64,000 bases of DNA. Origin: Eledone cirrhosa (taxonomy: Eukaryota). Below the pieces are notes generated by a model. That model did not search any database. It was not told the DNA's origin and was given only the letters and a program-made list of their open reading frames with translations. This document shows positions 13,004-26,897 of this stretch, in pieces. Where the stretch lies: the NCBI GenBank assembly GCA_964016885.1, contig OZ024741.1, positions 402,132,001 through 402,196,000 of the forward strand, in the 5' to 3' direction. Made by a program: the position numbers and the translations under genes. Position 1 is the first letter of the stretch. Every line of letters begins with the position of its first letter.

Positions 13004-13559
13004 TATGTTTAGATAAACAAATATTGTCCTAATTAAAAGCCTTAATATCTTTTATTAGGAATTTGTGGGTTTGGCTTTGAAGAAGGGCTAGGATTACACT
13101 TGAGAGAGATAAGTGTTTATCATTATTTTATATTAGTATAATCAGATTAGGAAGCTACATGTTAGGATATCAATGCAGGCGGTAGTTGATAAAGCAGACT
13201 AGAGTTGTTTATTTTTGCAATGTAGGGTGAAGACTAATATATATATATATATACATACATACATATATACATAAAAAAAAGAGAGTATTTCTCTTACTAG
13301 TAATAAGGTAATTAAGAAATTACTGACCTTCCTGTTTATAGTTGTTTATACTATATACATAACTATAAATAGTATTATTATATATATATATATATTAATT
13401 CAAAATATCAATAAATATGGACATTCATGTAATCAAATATAATTTATTATATATATTTCAGAGCTACTGTGCTGTTTCCTCAGTAGGTCCTCATCAGATA
13501 AAATATATAAATTAATACAGAGTACCCGACCTCCCATGGGTACAAGCTGAAGCATATAG

Positions 13560-13852
13560 ACAATATGGCCCCACACCCTCCCACTGCAAGGTGGTCGTGG
13601 AGGTGCCACGGCATAAAAGCACCCAGCCCACACTGTAAAGTGGACGTATAGGTGCCACGGAAAAAGCACCCAGCACTCACTGTAAATGAGGTTGGTGTTA
13701 GGAAGGGCATCCAGCTGTAGAAATCAAGCCAAAATCAGTTCCTGTATGAGCAAGGCATGGTCAGCCGACCAGACACTGCCCACAACAGGACAACCCGTCT
13801 AACCCATGCTAGCATGGAAGAACGGACGTAAAACGGTGATGATGATGATGAT
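13560..13852 (+). mobile_element. SINE 3' half with RTE-type tail and (GAT)n
   Basis: Shares GGTCGTGGAGGTGCCACGG..GTTGGTGTTAGGAAGGGCATCCAGCTGTAGAAA with family B. Confidence 0.75.
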
Positions 13853-14124
13853 GTATGACATACCTGAACTGGTTCAATTCCAGTCTTGGCAGTGATTAGT
13901 TATGACAAAACTCAATATTAATATACCATAAGTAGTAACATGACAAACTACATATAATGGAGAGGGTGAGTAGGAAAACGTGTAGAAAAAATAAAATAAA
14001 TACATAAATAGATAAGTAAAATACATAAACATAAGTACATAAATGTTAAATATTTAAATAATTAAATATGTAAATATCCGTATTAGAGAAAAAAACAAAT
14101 GAGAGAGAGAGAGAGAGAGAGAGA

Positions 14125-14259
14125 GCTTCTAATCTATTGTAAAACTATATTCATTGATTAATCAATGAACCTTGTTTAACTTTTGGTTATATATATAACC
14201 AAAGATTAATATGGTTTGTTGATTAATCAACGAATACAATTTTACAATAGATTAGAAGC
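14125..14259. repeat. 135-bp fold-back palindrome
   Basis: GCTTCTAATCTATTGTAAAA...TTTTACAATAGATTAGAAGC. Confidence 0.9.
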
Positions 14260-14842
14260 ACTCGACAAAAGATTTTCCTGGAGTATTTAATATTATTCAA
14301 ATTGTTAATAAATGAAAAATATTCTCATAATCAAAATATATATAAATATATACATATATATATGTAGAAGTTCTATTTAAATTGTTGGGATACAACAAGC
14401 AAATATTTTTATAACTGATATAAAGCACTCAACAAATTATAGAAGTAAAGTGATAGGTTGTTGTATTAGCTTAACTTTTGAGATGAAGTGAAAGAATAAA
14501 TATTTAATGGATGAGTAAAGAAGTGTAAATAAGTGTGAATGGAAAATACATAAATAATAGGAGAATTTTAACCATTGTTTAAATATGATTAAATGTTTAG
14601 TTTATCAATTAGATTATTGAGATCTATACATTAAAAATTGAGATCTATATATTATTAAGACTATATATTATTAAAAGAATATATTCATATATAGGCACAC
14701 ACAGATATATATACATATAAGTATATATACATACACCTACATATACATACATATACATACATACAATAAAGGATTTTTTAATTTAAGATATAGGAATTTT
14801 CATAAATTTCCATAATCTTAACAATTTTAACAACTATAATAA

Positions 14843-15559
14843 TATAATAATTCGGAAAACAAAAAAAGAAATAGAACTAGGAATATATTATGGTTCGTTC
14901 CTCCTTTCTCATTAAATATTAAAAATCCTATTGCTAAACTATTCTTTAAAGCTCTTGACAAATGCTTCCCTAGAACACATAAATATTACTCAATTTTTAA
15001 TATACATACTATAAAATTAACTTACTCATCCACCAAAAGTTTAGCGCAGAATATTAATAGAATTAATAATAGAAATTTAAAACCTAACCAAAATACCACT
15101 AATAACCCAAGCAATATCCAATTTGATAAATGTAACTGTAGAAATAAATCTAACTGTCCGTTAAATAACAATTGTTTAGCTAAAAATATAGTATATAATT
15201 GTAATGTAAAAACTAATTTAAATTCATTTAATTATGTAGGATCTACTTCCACAGATTTTAAATCTCGTTTCAATAACCATAAAAACTCTTTTACACATCT
15301 AAACAAAAAATCTTCAACTTCTCTATCTAGCTTATTATGGGACCTCAAATTAAAGAACGTTAAATATTCGTTGCTTTGGAATATTATTTCAAAAGCTACT
15401 CCTTTTAACTCCTCTTCAGAAAATTGTGATCTTTGTATAGAGGAAATATTCTTTATATTAAAGACCAAAAATTCCTTGAACCTAAGGAGCAATTTATTCA
15501 GTTGCTGCTGACATAGATTGAACTCAACGTTTAAATATAAATTTAAATTTAAAATGTAG
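14843..15559 (+). pseudogene. Penelope-like C-terminal GIY-YIG endonuclease region (no ATG; absent from ORF track)
   Basis: Open 14843-15508: RNILWFVPPFS..FFKALDKCFP..CNCRNKSNCPLNNNCLAKNIVY..YVGSTSTDFKSRFNNHKNSF..LSSLLWDLK..CDLCIEE..LNLRS..CC*H; one TGA near the end, terminal stop 15557-15559. Confidence 0.88.
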
Positions 15560-17200
15560 TATATAATTAATTAATTCTATTAATATATTGAACCTATCGA
15601 TAAATCATTAGATTCCTTCATTTGACTGCTTAAACTCTCAAGTTAAAAAAAAATTTTCATAAATAAAAATAAAAAATTCTTCTAGAGAAACATACTGAAA
15701 GCTCTTAAAAGGGGAAAATATTTTATTTGAAAGTTTCTCCTATTTTTGAAAGTTTCTCTTTCTTTTTCTTATGGCTATAAAATTAAGTTAAACATACGGA
15801 GAACTAGATATCTAGAAAATTTAAATTTTTATACTGAATCTATTAAACATATTCTTATTTTAAAATTATATCTTGAAATATTCTATATTTTTTAAAATTA
15901 TATTGATTTAAAATGATATTGCTTATAATTATATTTCCAAATCGTAATATAATTCATTTTTATTTTTTATTTTATTTTATTTTATTTTATTTTATTTTAT
16001 TTTATGTACTTCAATTATACTATGTACTGTATTTATATATCTCTCTCTCTATATGTATGTGTATATATATATATGTATGTATATATATATATGTGTGTGT
16101 GTATGTATGTATATATATATATGCGATGCATATTTACCTGTTGTGTAAGTACGTCTATGTGTATCTATGTGGGGATTGTGTGTATATATATATGCATACA
16201 ATTCGAATGCACTCGTTTATAAGGATTTCCTTAAGGTTCGTGATAAACAAACTTATATAATAACAGTCACAACTACATAACAGGTGGATTTATTAGATAT
16301 AAAACTTATAAAAACATTTATTAAATAATATAAGGTTTGTATAATAACCTCAGGTTTGTATAACCTAAAATTTCCTTTACTCTCATAACATTTGTAACAT
16401 TTAATATACGTAAATAACTTAATTTCCTTCACACTGTTTCGCTTTTACATAGAAATGATTTTCTCTGTTTTTTCTACGATTTCTCCGAAAATCTATAAGT
16501 TTATGAAAATTCCTATATCTTAAATTAAAAAGCCCTTTATTGTATGTATGTATGTATGTATGTATGTATATGTATGTATATGTAGGTGTATGTATATATA
16601 CTTATATGTATATATATATCTGTGTGTGCCGTGCCTATGTATATATATGAATATATTCTTTTAATAATATATAGGTTTTTTAATAATATATAGTCTTAAT
16701 AATATGTAGATTTTTAATAATATATAGATCTCAATTTTTAATGTATAGATCTCAATAATCTAATTGATAAACTAAACATTTAATCATATTTAAACAATGG
16801 TTAAAATTCTCCTATTATTTATGTATTTTCCATTCACACTTATTTACACTTCTTTACTCATCCATTAAATATTTATTCTTTCACTTCATCTCAAAAGTTA
16901 AGCTAATACAACAACCTATCACTTAGAGCTTTCTCTTTCTCTTTTCTTTTTTCTTCTCTTTATCCTTTTCTTATTTTTTTTATTTTCCTCTTAGAGTTTG
17001 CTCTTTTCTCTTTTTTCTCTTTCTCTTTCTCCATAACCCAACTGCTTATTTAAATCTACTGTGATTTAAAAATATCCGAAACTAATTTGCATAATAGTAT
17101 AAATAAATTTATAACCCTACTATCCGGGAGCTTCCAACAGAAATGGTCGCAATCTTTAAGGGTATGTAAATATTTATTTATAAAACTGCTCTATATTATA

Positions 17201-17257
17201 TTTTATCTGATGAAAGCACACCATAATTTAACTTGGTGTCCTTGAAATATGTATAAT
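17201..17257 (+). ncRNA. Hammerhead-like motif in the PLE 3' region
   Basis: CTGATGA-AAGCACACCA/TGGTGTCCTT (9 of 10 pairs)-GAAA-TATG-TA; self-complementary stem III, weak stem I. Confidence 0.5.
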
Positions 17258-17360
17258 GAAATAAATATGGTTTTATAAATATAGTTTCCATTTGTTTAAC
17301 ATATATATATATATATATTTTAATTATGAGAATATTTTTCATTTATTAACATTTTGAACA

Positions 17361-17444
<84 letters not shown>

Positions 17445-17466
17445 AATAAACAACATAAGATAATTA

Positions 17467-17530
17467 ATTCGTTTACCAGTGGTTTCTTGAAGACAGATAT
17501 TTATATCTATCTTCAGTCGTCAGAACGAAT
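17467..17530 (-). ncRNA. Type I hammerhead ribozyme motif (best preserved)
   Basis: ATTCGTT-CTGACGA-C-TGAAGATAGATAT AA ATATCTGTCTTCA-A-GAAA-CCACTGG-TA-AACGAAT: 7-bp stem I, 12-13-bp stem II, stem III, GUA triplet. Confidence 0.72.
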
Positions 17531-17543
17531 AAAATGGAATGTT

Positions 17544-17965
17544 TATTAAACTAGACCTGAAAAATGCGCAAGCTCAAAAGAGCCACATAATGTTATAATA
17601 ACCTTTATAAATCATTATCTATCGTACACTCTGTGGCATCCTTTTATAAAAAAGAGACTCATAACGAACTCAAGATGACACGATAATTATTTAAGCTAAT
17701 GTTCAATATCTCATATTAGATGTTTAGTAATGATTAATACGAAATGTACTTAAACCGAATTCTATATTATAAATTCACTTAAATAATTATCGTGTGATCT
17801 TGAGTTCGTTATGATTCTCTTTTTTATAAAAGGATGCCACAGACTGTACGATAGATAATGATGACAATATTTTTGAGCAACAACACTAGTCCCACACTTT
17901 TGAAGATTTATTATAACATTCTGTGGCTCTTTTGAGCATGCGCATTTTTCAGGTCTAGTTTAATA
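17544..17965. repeat. Long imperfect inverted repeat
   Basis: TATTAAACTAGACCTGAAAAATGCGC...GCGCATTTTTCAGGTCTAGTTTAATA, with paired inner blocks (ATCATTATCTATCGTACA..GGCATCCTTTTATAAAAAAGAG). Confidence 0.9.
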
Positions 17966-18021
17966 TATTTTTAAGGCAACGCTTGTAATAACTCTAGTTA
18001 AACATGATATATATTAATAAT

Positions 18022-18117
<96 letters not shown>

Positions 18118-18169
18118 TATATATACACATATATATATATATATATATATAGACATATATATATATATA

Positions 18170-18693
18170 TGGTGGCTGCCAACTCGTTTTCGAGTACGGC
18201 CACTACTTTATATCCATGTAGGAGAACCCCTACCGATGTGCTGAACGAGTGTGACTTTTTAGTCCAGCCAGCGACTTGAAAACTCTGGTACAAACACTAC
18301 ACTTGTGACAATTACTGACACATAGTGCTGGGCTCATGGTACCATGTGACGACAAGTGCAGAGAGATCTCCCGATATAAAGCAATGCCTGTGCCATGAAG
18401 CTTTTATAGTGAGCAAAGGCACTGCACAAAGCCAGTCCCACTCTCTTAACCAAGATGATATTTACCAAAAAGAAGAACAAGACAACATCATTGGATACCA
18501 TCAGGGCTGCAGGTGTTATATCAGAGTTTTCCTTCTCCTAGAATTCTGCCTTGACAAAGGCTAAGGGGTTATCTCTCCCGGTGATTTTGGATGGCCATTG
18601 ACTTAAGAGCTCCTTTGCCCTTTGACAGGTTTTGTTTTTAGTCCTGCAGGATGTCCAAAGTCACCCTCCTCACCAAGAAACCTTGGTGGGGTT
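18170..18693 (-). mobile_element. Non-autonomous RTE-derived element, family E (copy 1)
   Basis: Reverse complement of 57487-58010; 3' end abuts the (TA)n array at 18027-18170. Confidence 0.85.
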
Positions 18694-18742
18694 TGTGTAA
18701 GTGTGTAACCCCACCAAGGTTATATATATATATATATATATA

Positions 18743-19323
<581 letters not shown>

Positions 19324-19353
19324 ACCTAACTATACCAAGGATTACACACATTT

Positions 19354-19390
<37 letters not shown>

Positions 19391-19597
19391 TATATATTAC
19401 ACAAAGAGAAGTGTGTTACACAGTGAGATGTATGTAAAGAATTATTACAAGTGATTTTACCGTTACTGTACAGGGAACAATATCTACAGGTTAGCAATTG
19501 AATAGAAAAAAACCAGTTCAGAATCAAATCTCTGGATTGGAATTTTAAATCACAAACCTTATAACTATATTTTGCTGATACGAACCTAGCTTCGTTT

Positions 19598-19724
19598 CAC
19601 CACCTATATGTGTCACCACCTATATGTATCACCACCTATATGTGTCACCACCTATATGTGTCACCACCTATATGTGTCACCACCTATATGTGTCACCACC
19701 TATATGTGTCACCACCTATATGTG
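19598..19724. repeat. 16-bp minisatellite (~8 copies)
   Basis: Unit CACCACCTATATGTGT. Confidence 0.95.
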
Positions 19725-19899
19725 CAGTATCAGTCCACATGGATCATCAGTCAACAAAATGCGAAAACTGAACACTGCACATCTAACCTCATGGATAGAG
19801 AGATTGCAAATAGACACGCTGGCCAGAGTGGGCAAAATCACGTGTTATTCGAATCAAATAACGGCTCTCATGGATTGGGGAAGATGCTAGAAAGTGCAG

Positions 19900-22800
19900 C
19901 CCAACCAAGATTGGTCGGGTGGCCATGTCTCGCTCGTATAGGACTGTCTGGCAGGTTTTCTACGGCTGGATGCCCTTCCTAACACCAACCACATTTACAG
20001 TGTGGAACTGGGAACTTTTTATCGTGTTACCTACATGACCACATTACAGCATGGACAGTATGTTATTTTGTTGTGACACCTTCTCGATCTCATTATCTCA
20101 TTTATTTGGACTGGATCTTGTGGTACCAACTTTACAGAGAGAGGGTGGTGTTGGTGGGAGTGGGAGGGTGGAGTAGGGGTAGTGGATTGGGGTCTATATT
20201 TGGTTAAGAGGTGCCTACTGACTGTAGGTTTCGCTTTGTACATAGGCAAGGTGGGTCTTCTGTATTACTGCGTAGCACCACAGATCTCGTTCCAGTGACA
20301 TTGTCTTAGAGAGGTGCAAGGTCGGAATTTATCAGATCGTCCCAGGTTTTTCTGGGTCTACCTACTCCGTAACTACCATAAATTTTGATCGCCCTGCACT
20401 TTTTTATACAGCTGTCGTCTTTCATGCGCATCACGTGGCCATACCAACGTAGTCTTCTCTCAAGTAAACAGCATCTGATCCCTCTTATTCCTAATTTCTC
20501 ACTTAGTTCATTTACGCTTTGCCGTTCACATATATTACTATTACACATCCAGCGGAGCATGCATGCTTCATTCCTTTCCATTCTGCGCAGGTCCTCTGCA
20601 CGCAAAGCCCATGTCTCAATGCCATGTAGCATTGCTGTTCGTATACAGGCATCATACAATCTGCCTTTCATTTTTAGAGAGAAACCTTTAGTGGCCAACA
20701 GCGGTATAAGCTCTCTGAACTTTTTCTATCCCGTTCTGACTCTGGTTACTGTACTTTCAGAGCACCCTCAACCACTGCTGAATTTGTCACCCAGGTAACG
20801 GAAAGTATCCACTATTTCTATAGAACCATCTGGGCAATAGAAGGAGCTAATATCCTGTGGGCACTTGCTACTTATTGCACTTGAGCATCGGCCACATATA
20901 AAGTCTACGTTCTTAGATAGTTTACCTGTGATCCCACTACATCTTTTATGTACCCATAGTTTGCATTTGAGACATAAAATGGAATTTCTGCCTGCTCCTT
21001 TCCTACACACTGAGCATGGCCATTTCCCTGAGGGCACCTGTACCCTATTTTCCTTTCTACAATCTAGAACTTATACAAGTTAACTTTAAGGCCTTTTGAT
21101 TCTAGGCCATGCTTTCTTGTTTGGAATTTCTTCTCTAGTTCAGCCATAGATTCAACTATGAGAGTTAGATCATCTACGTATAGGAGTTCCCATGGGCAGC
21201 CGGTCTTGAACTCCTCTGTTATAGCCTGAAGGGCAATAATAAATAGGAGGGGCTAAGGACAGAGCGTTGATGAACACCAACTTTTACACTAAATTCTTCA
21301 CTATATTCATTATTAATTCTAACCTTACTGACTGTTTCTTTATACATAGCTTATATAGCTCTCACAAGCCATTCATCTACACCTAGTTTTCTAAGAGCCC
21401 ACCAGATAATGGAGTGGGGGCCTCTGTCAAAGGCTTTCTCCAGGTCTACAAAAGCTAAGTATAGGGGTTTACTTTTAGCTAAGTACTTCTCCTGTAGTTG
21501 CCGTATAAGGAAAAGAGCGTCTGTGGTACTTTTACCTGACACAAACCCAAACTGCATTTCATCTAGATCAATTCGCTCTCTGATTAGTTGCACTATAACT
21601 CTTTCTGTGACCTTCATGACCTGGTCAACTAACTTAATGCCTCTATAGTTTACCCTATCTAGAGCATCCCCTTTACCCTTGTAGCAGTTAATCATGATGC
21701 TGCTACGCAAGTCTTTTGGTATGACCCCCATTCTGTATTACTTGGTTAACTATACGGGTGACCATAGTATGTCCCACCATTCCAAATGCCTTCAACATCT
21801 CAGCAACTATCTCCGAAGGCCCAGCTGCCTTGCCTGTCTTCATATCTTTGATTGCCTTACTTATTATACTACCTTTAACTTACACCGCTGGTCCTTCTAT
21901 TGGATCGATTTGGGGCAGACTATCTTTTTCCCATTTATTCTCCTCATTTAATAGTCTCTCATAGTGACATTTCCAGGCTATCTTCTTATCAATATCAATG
22001 AGAGCAAGTACACCATTATCATTACACTTCTCCCTGACAATATCACGGTTTTCCTTGACACATTGTATAGCAATCCTGAACACCTCACGTTTTTGGTCCT
22101 CATGTTGTAGAACATGCTTGAACTTTCTATCCTCTGCTTCCTTTTTTGCAAGGTACACTTGTCTCCTAGCTTCTCTACTGGCCACTTGATAGTGTTCTCT
22201 ACTTCCCCCATCCTGCCATACTTTCCAAGCCTGCTTTTTGGCCTTGATTGTCTCCTCCACCTTACTGTTCCACCACCGAATTACTCTCCTCCTGCCAATA
22301 GGTCTGCTCCAGCCACAGATTTCATCCGTTGCTTTCAGCAAGTTCACTTTCAAGAATTCCCACTGTTCCTCTATATTGCACGTCTCTAATTGCTCTTCTT
22401 TATTGTCAAAGGCATCAAGTAATAAGCTTTTAAATTTGTCACTGGCTATGGGGTCCTTCAACTTCCATATTCTTCTCCTCAAGGTAGGCCTCTTCTGTCA
22501 TTGAGTACGTCTATTCCTGACTATGAGGTCACTAACTACTAGGCTATGTTGGGAGGTGCATTCTTCACGGGGGCGGGATTTAGTGTTTACAACAGACACT
22601 TTGTCATGTCTTCTAGTAAGGAAATAATCTATCTGGCTGGCGTGTTCCCCTGATCTATAGGTGATCAAGTGGTTTTCTTGTTTTTTGAAGTTTGTGTTAC
22701 AGATAGTTAGGTTATTAGTGTCACAGAATTCCAGGATTCTGAAGCCCTCCTCATTTCTATTTCCAACCCCATAGCCTCCATGGATTCCATCATGGCCATC

Positions 22801-23560
22801 ACTATGTTGTCCAACGTGGCCGTTTAGATCGCCAGCAATAATTAAGTAGTCGCTGTCGGTTATTTGGGAGGTAGTGTGCATTAGCGTCTCATAGAACCTG
22901 TCCTTTATAACGTCAGGTAAACCAGATTGGGGTGCATAAGCGGATATTATTGTCACAGTAGTTCTATTTAGAACTAGTCTTATTTTAATTATTCTGTGCT
23001 TCACTCTATTTATGTCAATTTCCTTATCTACCCATTTTTCAGCTAACATAATTCCTATCCACCCAGTCCATTGTCATTTCCCACCCAGAAAAGTTTATAG
23101 CATCGTTTTTTACCCACGATGAATCTGGCAGACCCACCTCTCCACCTAGTCTCTTGAATACAACAAACATCAACTTCTTTACGTTCAAGCATCTCTACAA
23201 CCTCATTTGAGCGACCTTTCAATGTGCCTACGTTCATGGTACCAACTCTGAAGTTGGGAGGGTGGGATTGATGGGTTGGAGGGGCAGGGAGGTGTGTGGG
23301 AGATGGAATTATGTTGCTCATCCGTGTCTGAAATAAAGAGGGGTCCTTGTATTCTCGTCTTGCAGCAGGAGGTGAATTTATCTTTATCTGTGACATTGTC
23401 ATTGAGTGTTTAGACTTTCCAAATTCCGCAGTCCACCCATCAAACAGGTCTAAACTTAAGGAGTAATAACCCAAGTGGTAGCTTTGCTATACTGATTTGT
23501 TAGAGAACTTACTATAAGCCGCTGAGTTATGATTGGACCATATAGCAATGGTGGTGTGTG
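19900..23560 (-). mobile_element. Near full-length decayed RTE-clade LINE (APE endonuclease + RT + PHD)
   Basis: APE: GTMNVGTL..CCIQETRW, SAYAPQ, GDLNGHVG, SQIDY, SQHSLV; RT: NYRGIKL, QFGF, FVDLEKAFDR; C-terminal RRLRWYGHV..GRPRKTW; several frameshifts and stops. Confidence 0.93.
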
Positions 23561-24019
23561 GGGGTGGAGAAGGTTAGTTTTTAGGAAGGGTCCAACAGAA
23601 TGAGACATATTATTAAAAATGAGACATATTATTAAAAATATTAATTGAAAATCCGAGAGAAAAACGGAGAATTTGAATTCTAGACTGGCATAAATAGAAG
23701 TTTAAAACATTGCTTATTGAGTCAACTACGGGTAAAAGGAAAGACAAGTGTTTTGCTTACATTCTCAAAATCGACAGATCGTCCGTAAGATAGATTAGAT
23801 AGATAGATAAATTCTGTCCTTGCGATCAGACGGGGGGGGGGGGGGTACGAGAAAAGGAGCAAAGTGTTTACAAAGTTAGCGAGCGAGATGCAGGAAGGTT
23901 ATAGAATAATTAATTAATAATAATACTAGGTTAGTTTTTAGGAAGGGTCCAACAGAATGAGACATATTATTAAAAACATGTAAAATATTAATTGAAAATC
24001 CGAGTATGTATATATATAA

Positions 24020-24197
24020 TAATTGTTTCTACTTTAGGCACAAGGCCAGCAATTACCCAGTGTATTACTGGTACTTTATTTTATCGATCCGTAAGGATGA
24101 AAGGCAAAGTCAACCTCGGCGGGATTTGAACTCAGAATGGCAAGGGCCGTAACTCTATGCATCAAAGCATGGTGTCCGACCCTCTACCGATACTGTA
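24020..24197 (-). mobile_element. SINE family D
   Basis: Reverse complement of the 11805-12000 unit. Confidence 0.85.
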
Positions 24198-24239
24198 ATA
24201 CAGAAGACCCACCTTCTCTTGTGTATAGACTTAAACATA

Positions 24240-24533
24240 CACCCAGCAGGCACCTCTTAATCCACTATACCCCGCTTCCATACAGGAGACATGGCAAAAA
24301 GCACCCAGTCCACACTGTAAAGTGGCCATGTAAGAGACATGGCAAAAAACACCCAGCGCACACTGTAAATGTGGTTGGTATTAGGAAGGGCATCTAGCTG
24401 TAGAAAACCAGCCAGAAATAGTCCTATATGAGCAAGACATGGTCACCTGACCCAACTTGCCTTTAATGGGACAAACCCCCTCTAATCCATGCTTGCGTGG
24501 AAAATAGACGTTAAATGATGATGATGATGATGA
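24240..24533 (+). mobile_element. RTE 3'UTR/tail fragment
   Basis: AGGCACCTCTTAA..GTGGTTGGTATTAGGAAGGGCATC..GACGTTAAA(TGA)n. Confidence 0.7.
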
Positions 24534-24792
24534 TATGTATTTATGTATGTATTTATATATATATATTAGAAAAGGGAAGTAAGGTTCTATACAAAACAGT
24601 GGATATAGAGAAAAGGTGAAGTTGGAAATAGCACGGAAAATATATTTAAGGGTCTGTTTTTCTTTTTTATCCTTTCTTTGATTCGTCAAAGTGACATTAT
24701 TGAAAAGATAGCATTATTGAAAAAATGAGAGGGACAATTCTTTTTAAAAAAAAGTTTTATAATGTATATAAAGTATATAAAGTATATAAAGT

Positions 24793-25648
24793 ATATAAAA
24801 TATTACCAGTTTCGATGTATTATTAAAATTCATCTTATCAAATGTTGAGTATTGAAATAAAAGTTAAAAGGAATTACTAGGAATTAAAAACTAAGGATTT
24901 AAATTAAAATGAAATGTTGGGGTAAGTTTTCTTCCATCTTTCTTGCTCAAATTTTGGCTTGAGAATGAGTTCTTGTTAATATGGGGGTGGTAGGGAAGAT
25001 AGCAGCAATGTTTCTTCACAGAACAAAGTTGTTTTTTGGAAACATCCTGTAAATATGTGTATATCTGATTGTGTTAATTGACTGGTCAAGAGTTCAAAAG
25101 GGGGTGAGGAATTGTATTCTATGGCAGCAGCAGGAGTGTAAGAGAAATTCTATTATTGGAATATGGTTTTAGGGAGTGTGTGTATATATATAGTGTGAGG
25201 GTGTATATATAATTGTTTCTACTTTTGGCACAAGGCCAGCAATTACCCAGTGCATTACTGGTACTTTATTTTATCGACCCCGTAAGGATGAAAGGCAAAG
25301 TTAATCTCAGTGGGATTTGAACTCAGACCATAAAGGGCCGTAACTCTTTGCCATAAAGTATGGCGTCCGACCCTCTACCGATACTGCCAATCCACCATCC
25401 TATGTTTTTCAGTCTGTCTGTCACAGTTCCTCTAGCTTACAATCCTCATCCCCTTTTGAACTCTTGACCCAATCAGATATATACACATATTTACAGGATG
25501 TTTCCACAAAACAACTTACTCCAACATTTGATTTTAATTTTAAATCTTTAATTTTTAGTTTTTAACTCCTATTTAATTTTTTATTTCAATACTCAACATT
25601 TGATAAGATGAATTTTAATAATACATCGAAACTGGTAATATTTTATAC
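24793..25648. repeat. Inverted repeat (arms ~24793-25116 and ~25437-25648) with a SINE D copy (25210-25398, minus) between; PLE pLTR-like
   Basis: TATAAAATATTACCAGTTTCGATGTATT.. mirrored by ..AATACATCGAAACTGGTAATATTTTATA; carries a mutated hammerhead core (TTGATAA-GATG..CATC-GAAA-CTGG-TA). Confidence 0.8.
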
Positions 25649-25661
25649 TGGTAATACCTAC

Positions 25662-25703
25662 TCACTGAGGAGGTCACAGAATGTGTGATGAAAGAGCTTT
25701 GAC
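25662..25703 (+). ncRNA. Minimal hammerhead motif, paralog of 73-115
   Basis: TCA-CTGAGGA-G-GTCACA gaatg TGTGAT-GAAA-GAGC-TT-TGA. Confidence 0.55.
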
Positions 25704-25839
25704 AATATATAAACAACCGTCCAGTTAACGAACCAACCAGCCAACCAGAAATTCATAATAAATTGAAGTGAAAACTAACAGGTGCATGTGTTTTTATTGG
25801 CAACATGACCCTCCCAAAGTATAATAATATATATATATC

Positions 25840-26162
25840 AGGCTGGTGCTTTCCATGGTTTTTCATGGCATTAAATGACTGAGAGTCCCAGTCCTCTGGA
25901 CAGGACGCCAGTCCATTGCAGGTTTAAAGTCTGTCTAGAGCCCGGAGGCTCATCAGGCCGGTGCTTATCCTGGTTTTTGGTGGTGTTAAGTGACTGTGAG
26001 TACAAGACACTCCCCGCTGGTATACATTCTCAGCTGAGTATACTGGAGCAACATGAAATGAAGTGTTTTGCTCAAGAACACAACACACAACCCAGTCCAG
26101 GAATCAAACCCACAACATTATGATTGTAAGTCCAACACTCTTACCACTAGGCCACATGCCTT
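25840..26162 (-). mobile_element. Decayed tRNA-derived SINE
   Basis: Minus-strand head GGCATGTGGCCTAGTGGTAAGAGTGTTGG..GGTTTGATTCCTGG and TTCTTGAGCAAAACACTT block. Confidence 0.7.
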
Positions 26163-26529
26163 TCATTTTTCTGAGTTTAAATTTCACTGGTGTTGATTTC
26201 ATCATTCATTCCTCCAGAGCAGATAAGGCAGATATGTCTTGTTATTAGGATCAACTCTTATCAATAATTCTCTTACCTTTTTCTTTTACCTGGCTTTGTG
26301 CCAAGGTAAAGAATCATTATAGGTGAGCTAATGACTCAGTTTTAATACCTCTTGATTAAAATGGGATTTGTAAGTTACTGTCAGAAAATCTGACAGAGAT
26401 AAGTTTATGTTGATTTATAGGTGATATCTGCTGAATAAATGATTCTTACATATGATACATCAACATTGATGTAAGAATATATAATAGTAGGATAGATAGA
26501 ATTAACATTTCTTGTTAAAATACTAACAG

Positions 26530-26897
26530 GTAGAGCTACAACTTCTCTGAATTGAGAGATCACAGCTCCAATATTACAGATGTATGGTTAGAATCTCTCA
26601 GGAGAGAATCACAAGAAAAATAGAGTGTAGCTCGGAGATCAGAGAGTCACTCCAGGTAGAGCTGCTTCTTCTCCAAATTGAAAGATCGTAGATCCAATAC
26701 TATGGACATCTGCTTAAAATGTCTCAGGAAAGAATCACTAGACAGATTTTACAAGCAAAACCAACTGACAGGATACCATGGGGTAAACCCTGAGCAAGAT
26801 GGTTGGATAACATCCATGAGCTTAGCTGGACCTGCTGAAAAAATGAGTGTTTGAGGCTCTGCCACTAAGACCCTTCCAAGAAGAAGAAGAAGAAGAC
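26530..26897 (+). mobile_element. RTE family A 3' fragment with (AAG)n tail
   Basis: Homologous to 4957-5400, with an internal duplication. Confidence 0.7.

Larger units (their letters stand above)
14450..17365 (+). mobile_element. 5'-truncated Penelope-like element with an inverted pLTR segment
   Basis: GIY-YIG coding remnant flanked by inverted repeats 14450-14806/16500-16922 and 14290-14345/17310-17365; hammerhead-like motif at 17201. Confidence 0.75.

Noticed and set aside
15509-15511. In-frame TGA next to cysteines as selenocysteine in a PLE
   Set aside because: It falls at the Arg of the usual C-R-H end motif and is best explained by CGA to TGA decay. The selenoprotein PLEs (Naiads) have an N-terminal endonuclease, and I saw no SECIS.
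19725-19755. Hammerhead-like CTGATGA-TCCA TG TGGA-CT-GATA on the minus strand
   Set aside because: The GAAA core is mutated and stems I and III are unsupported; too degenerate to call.
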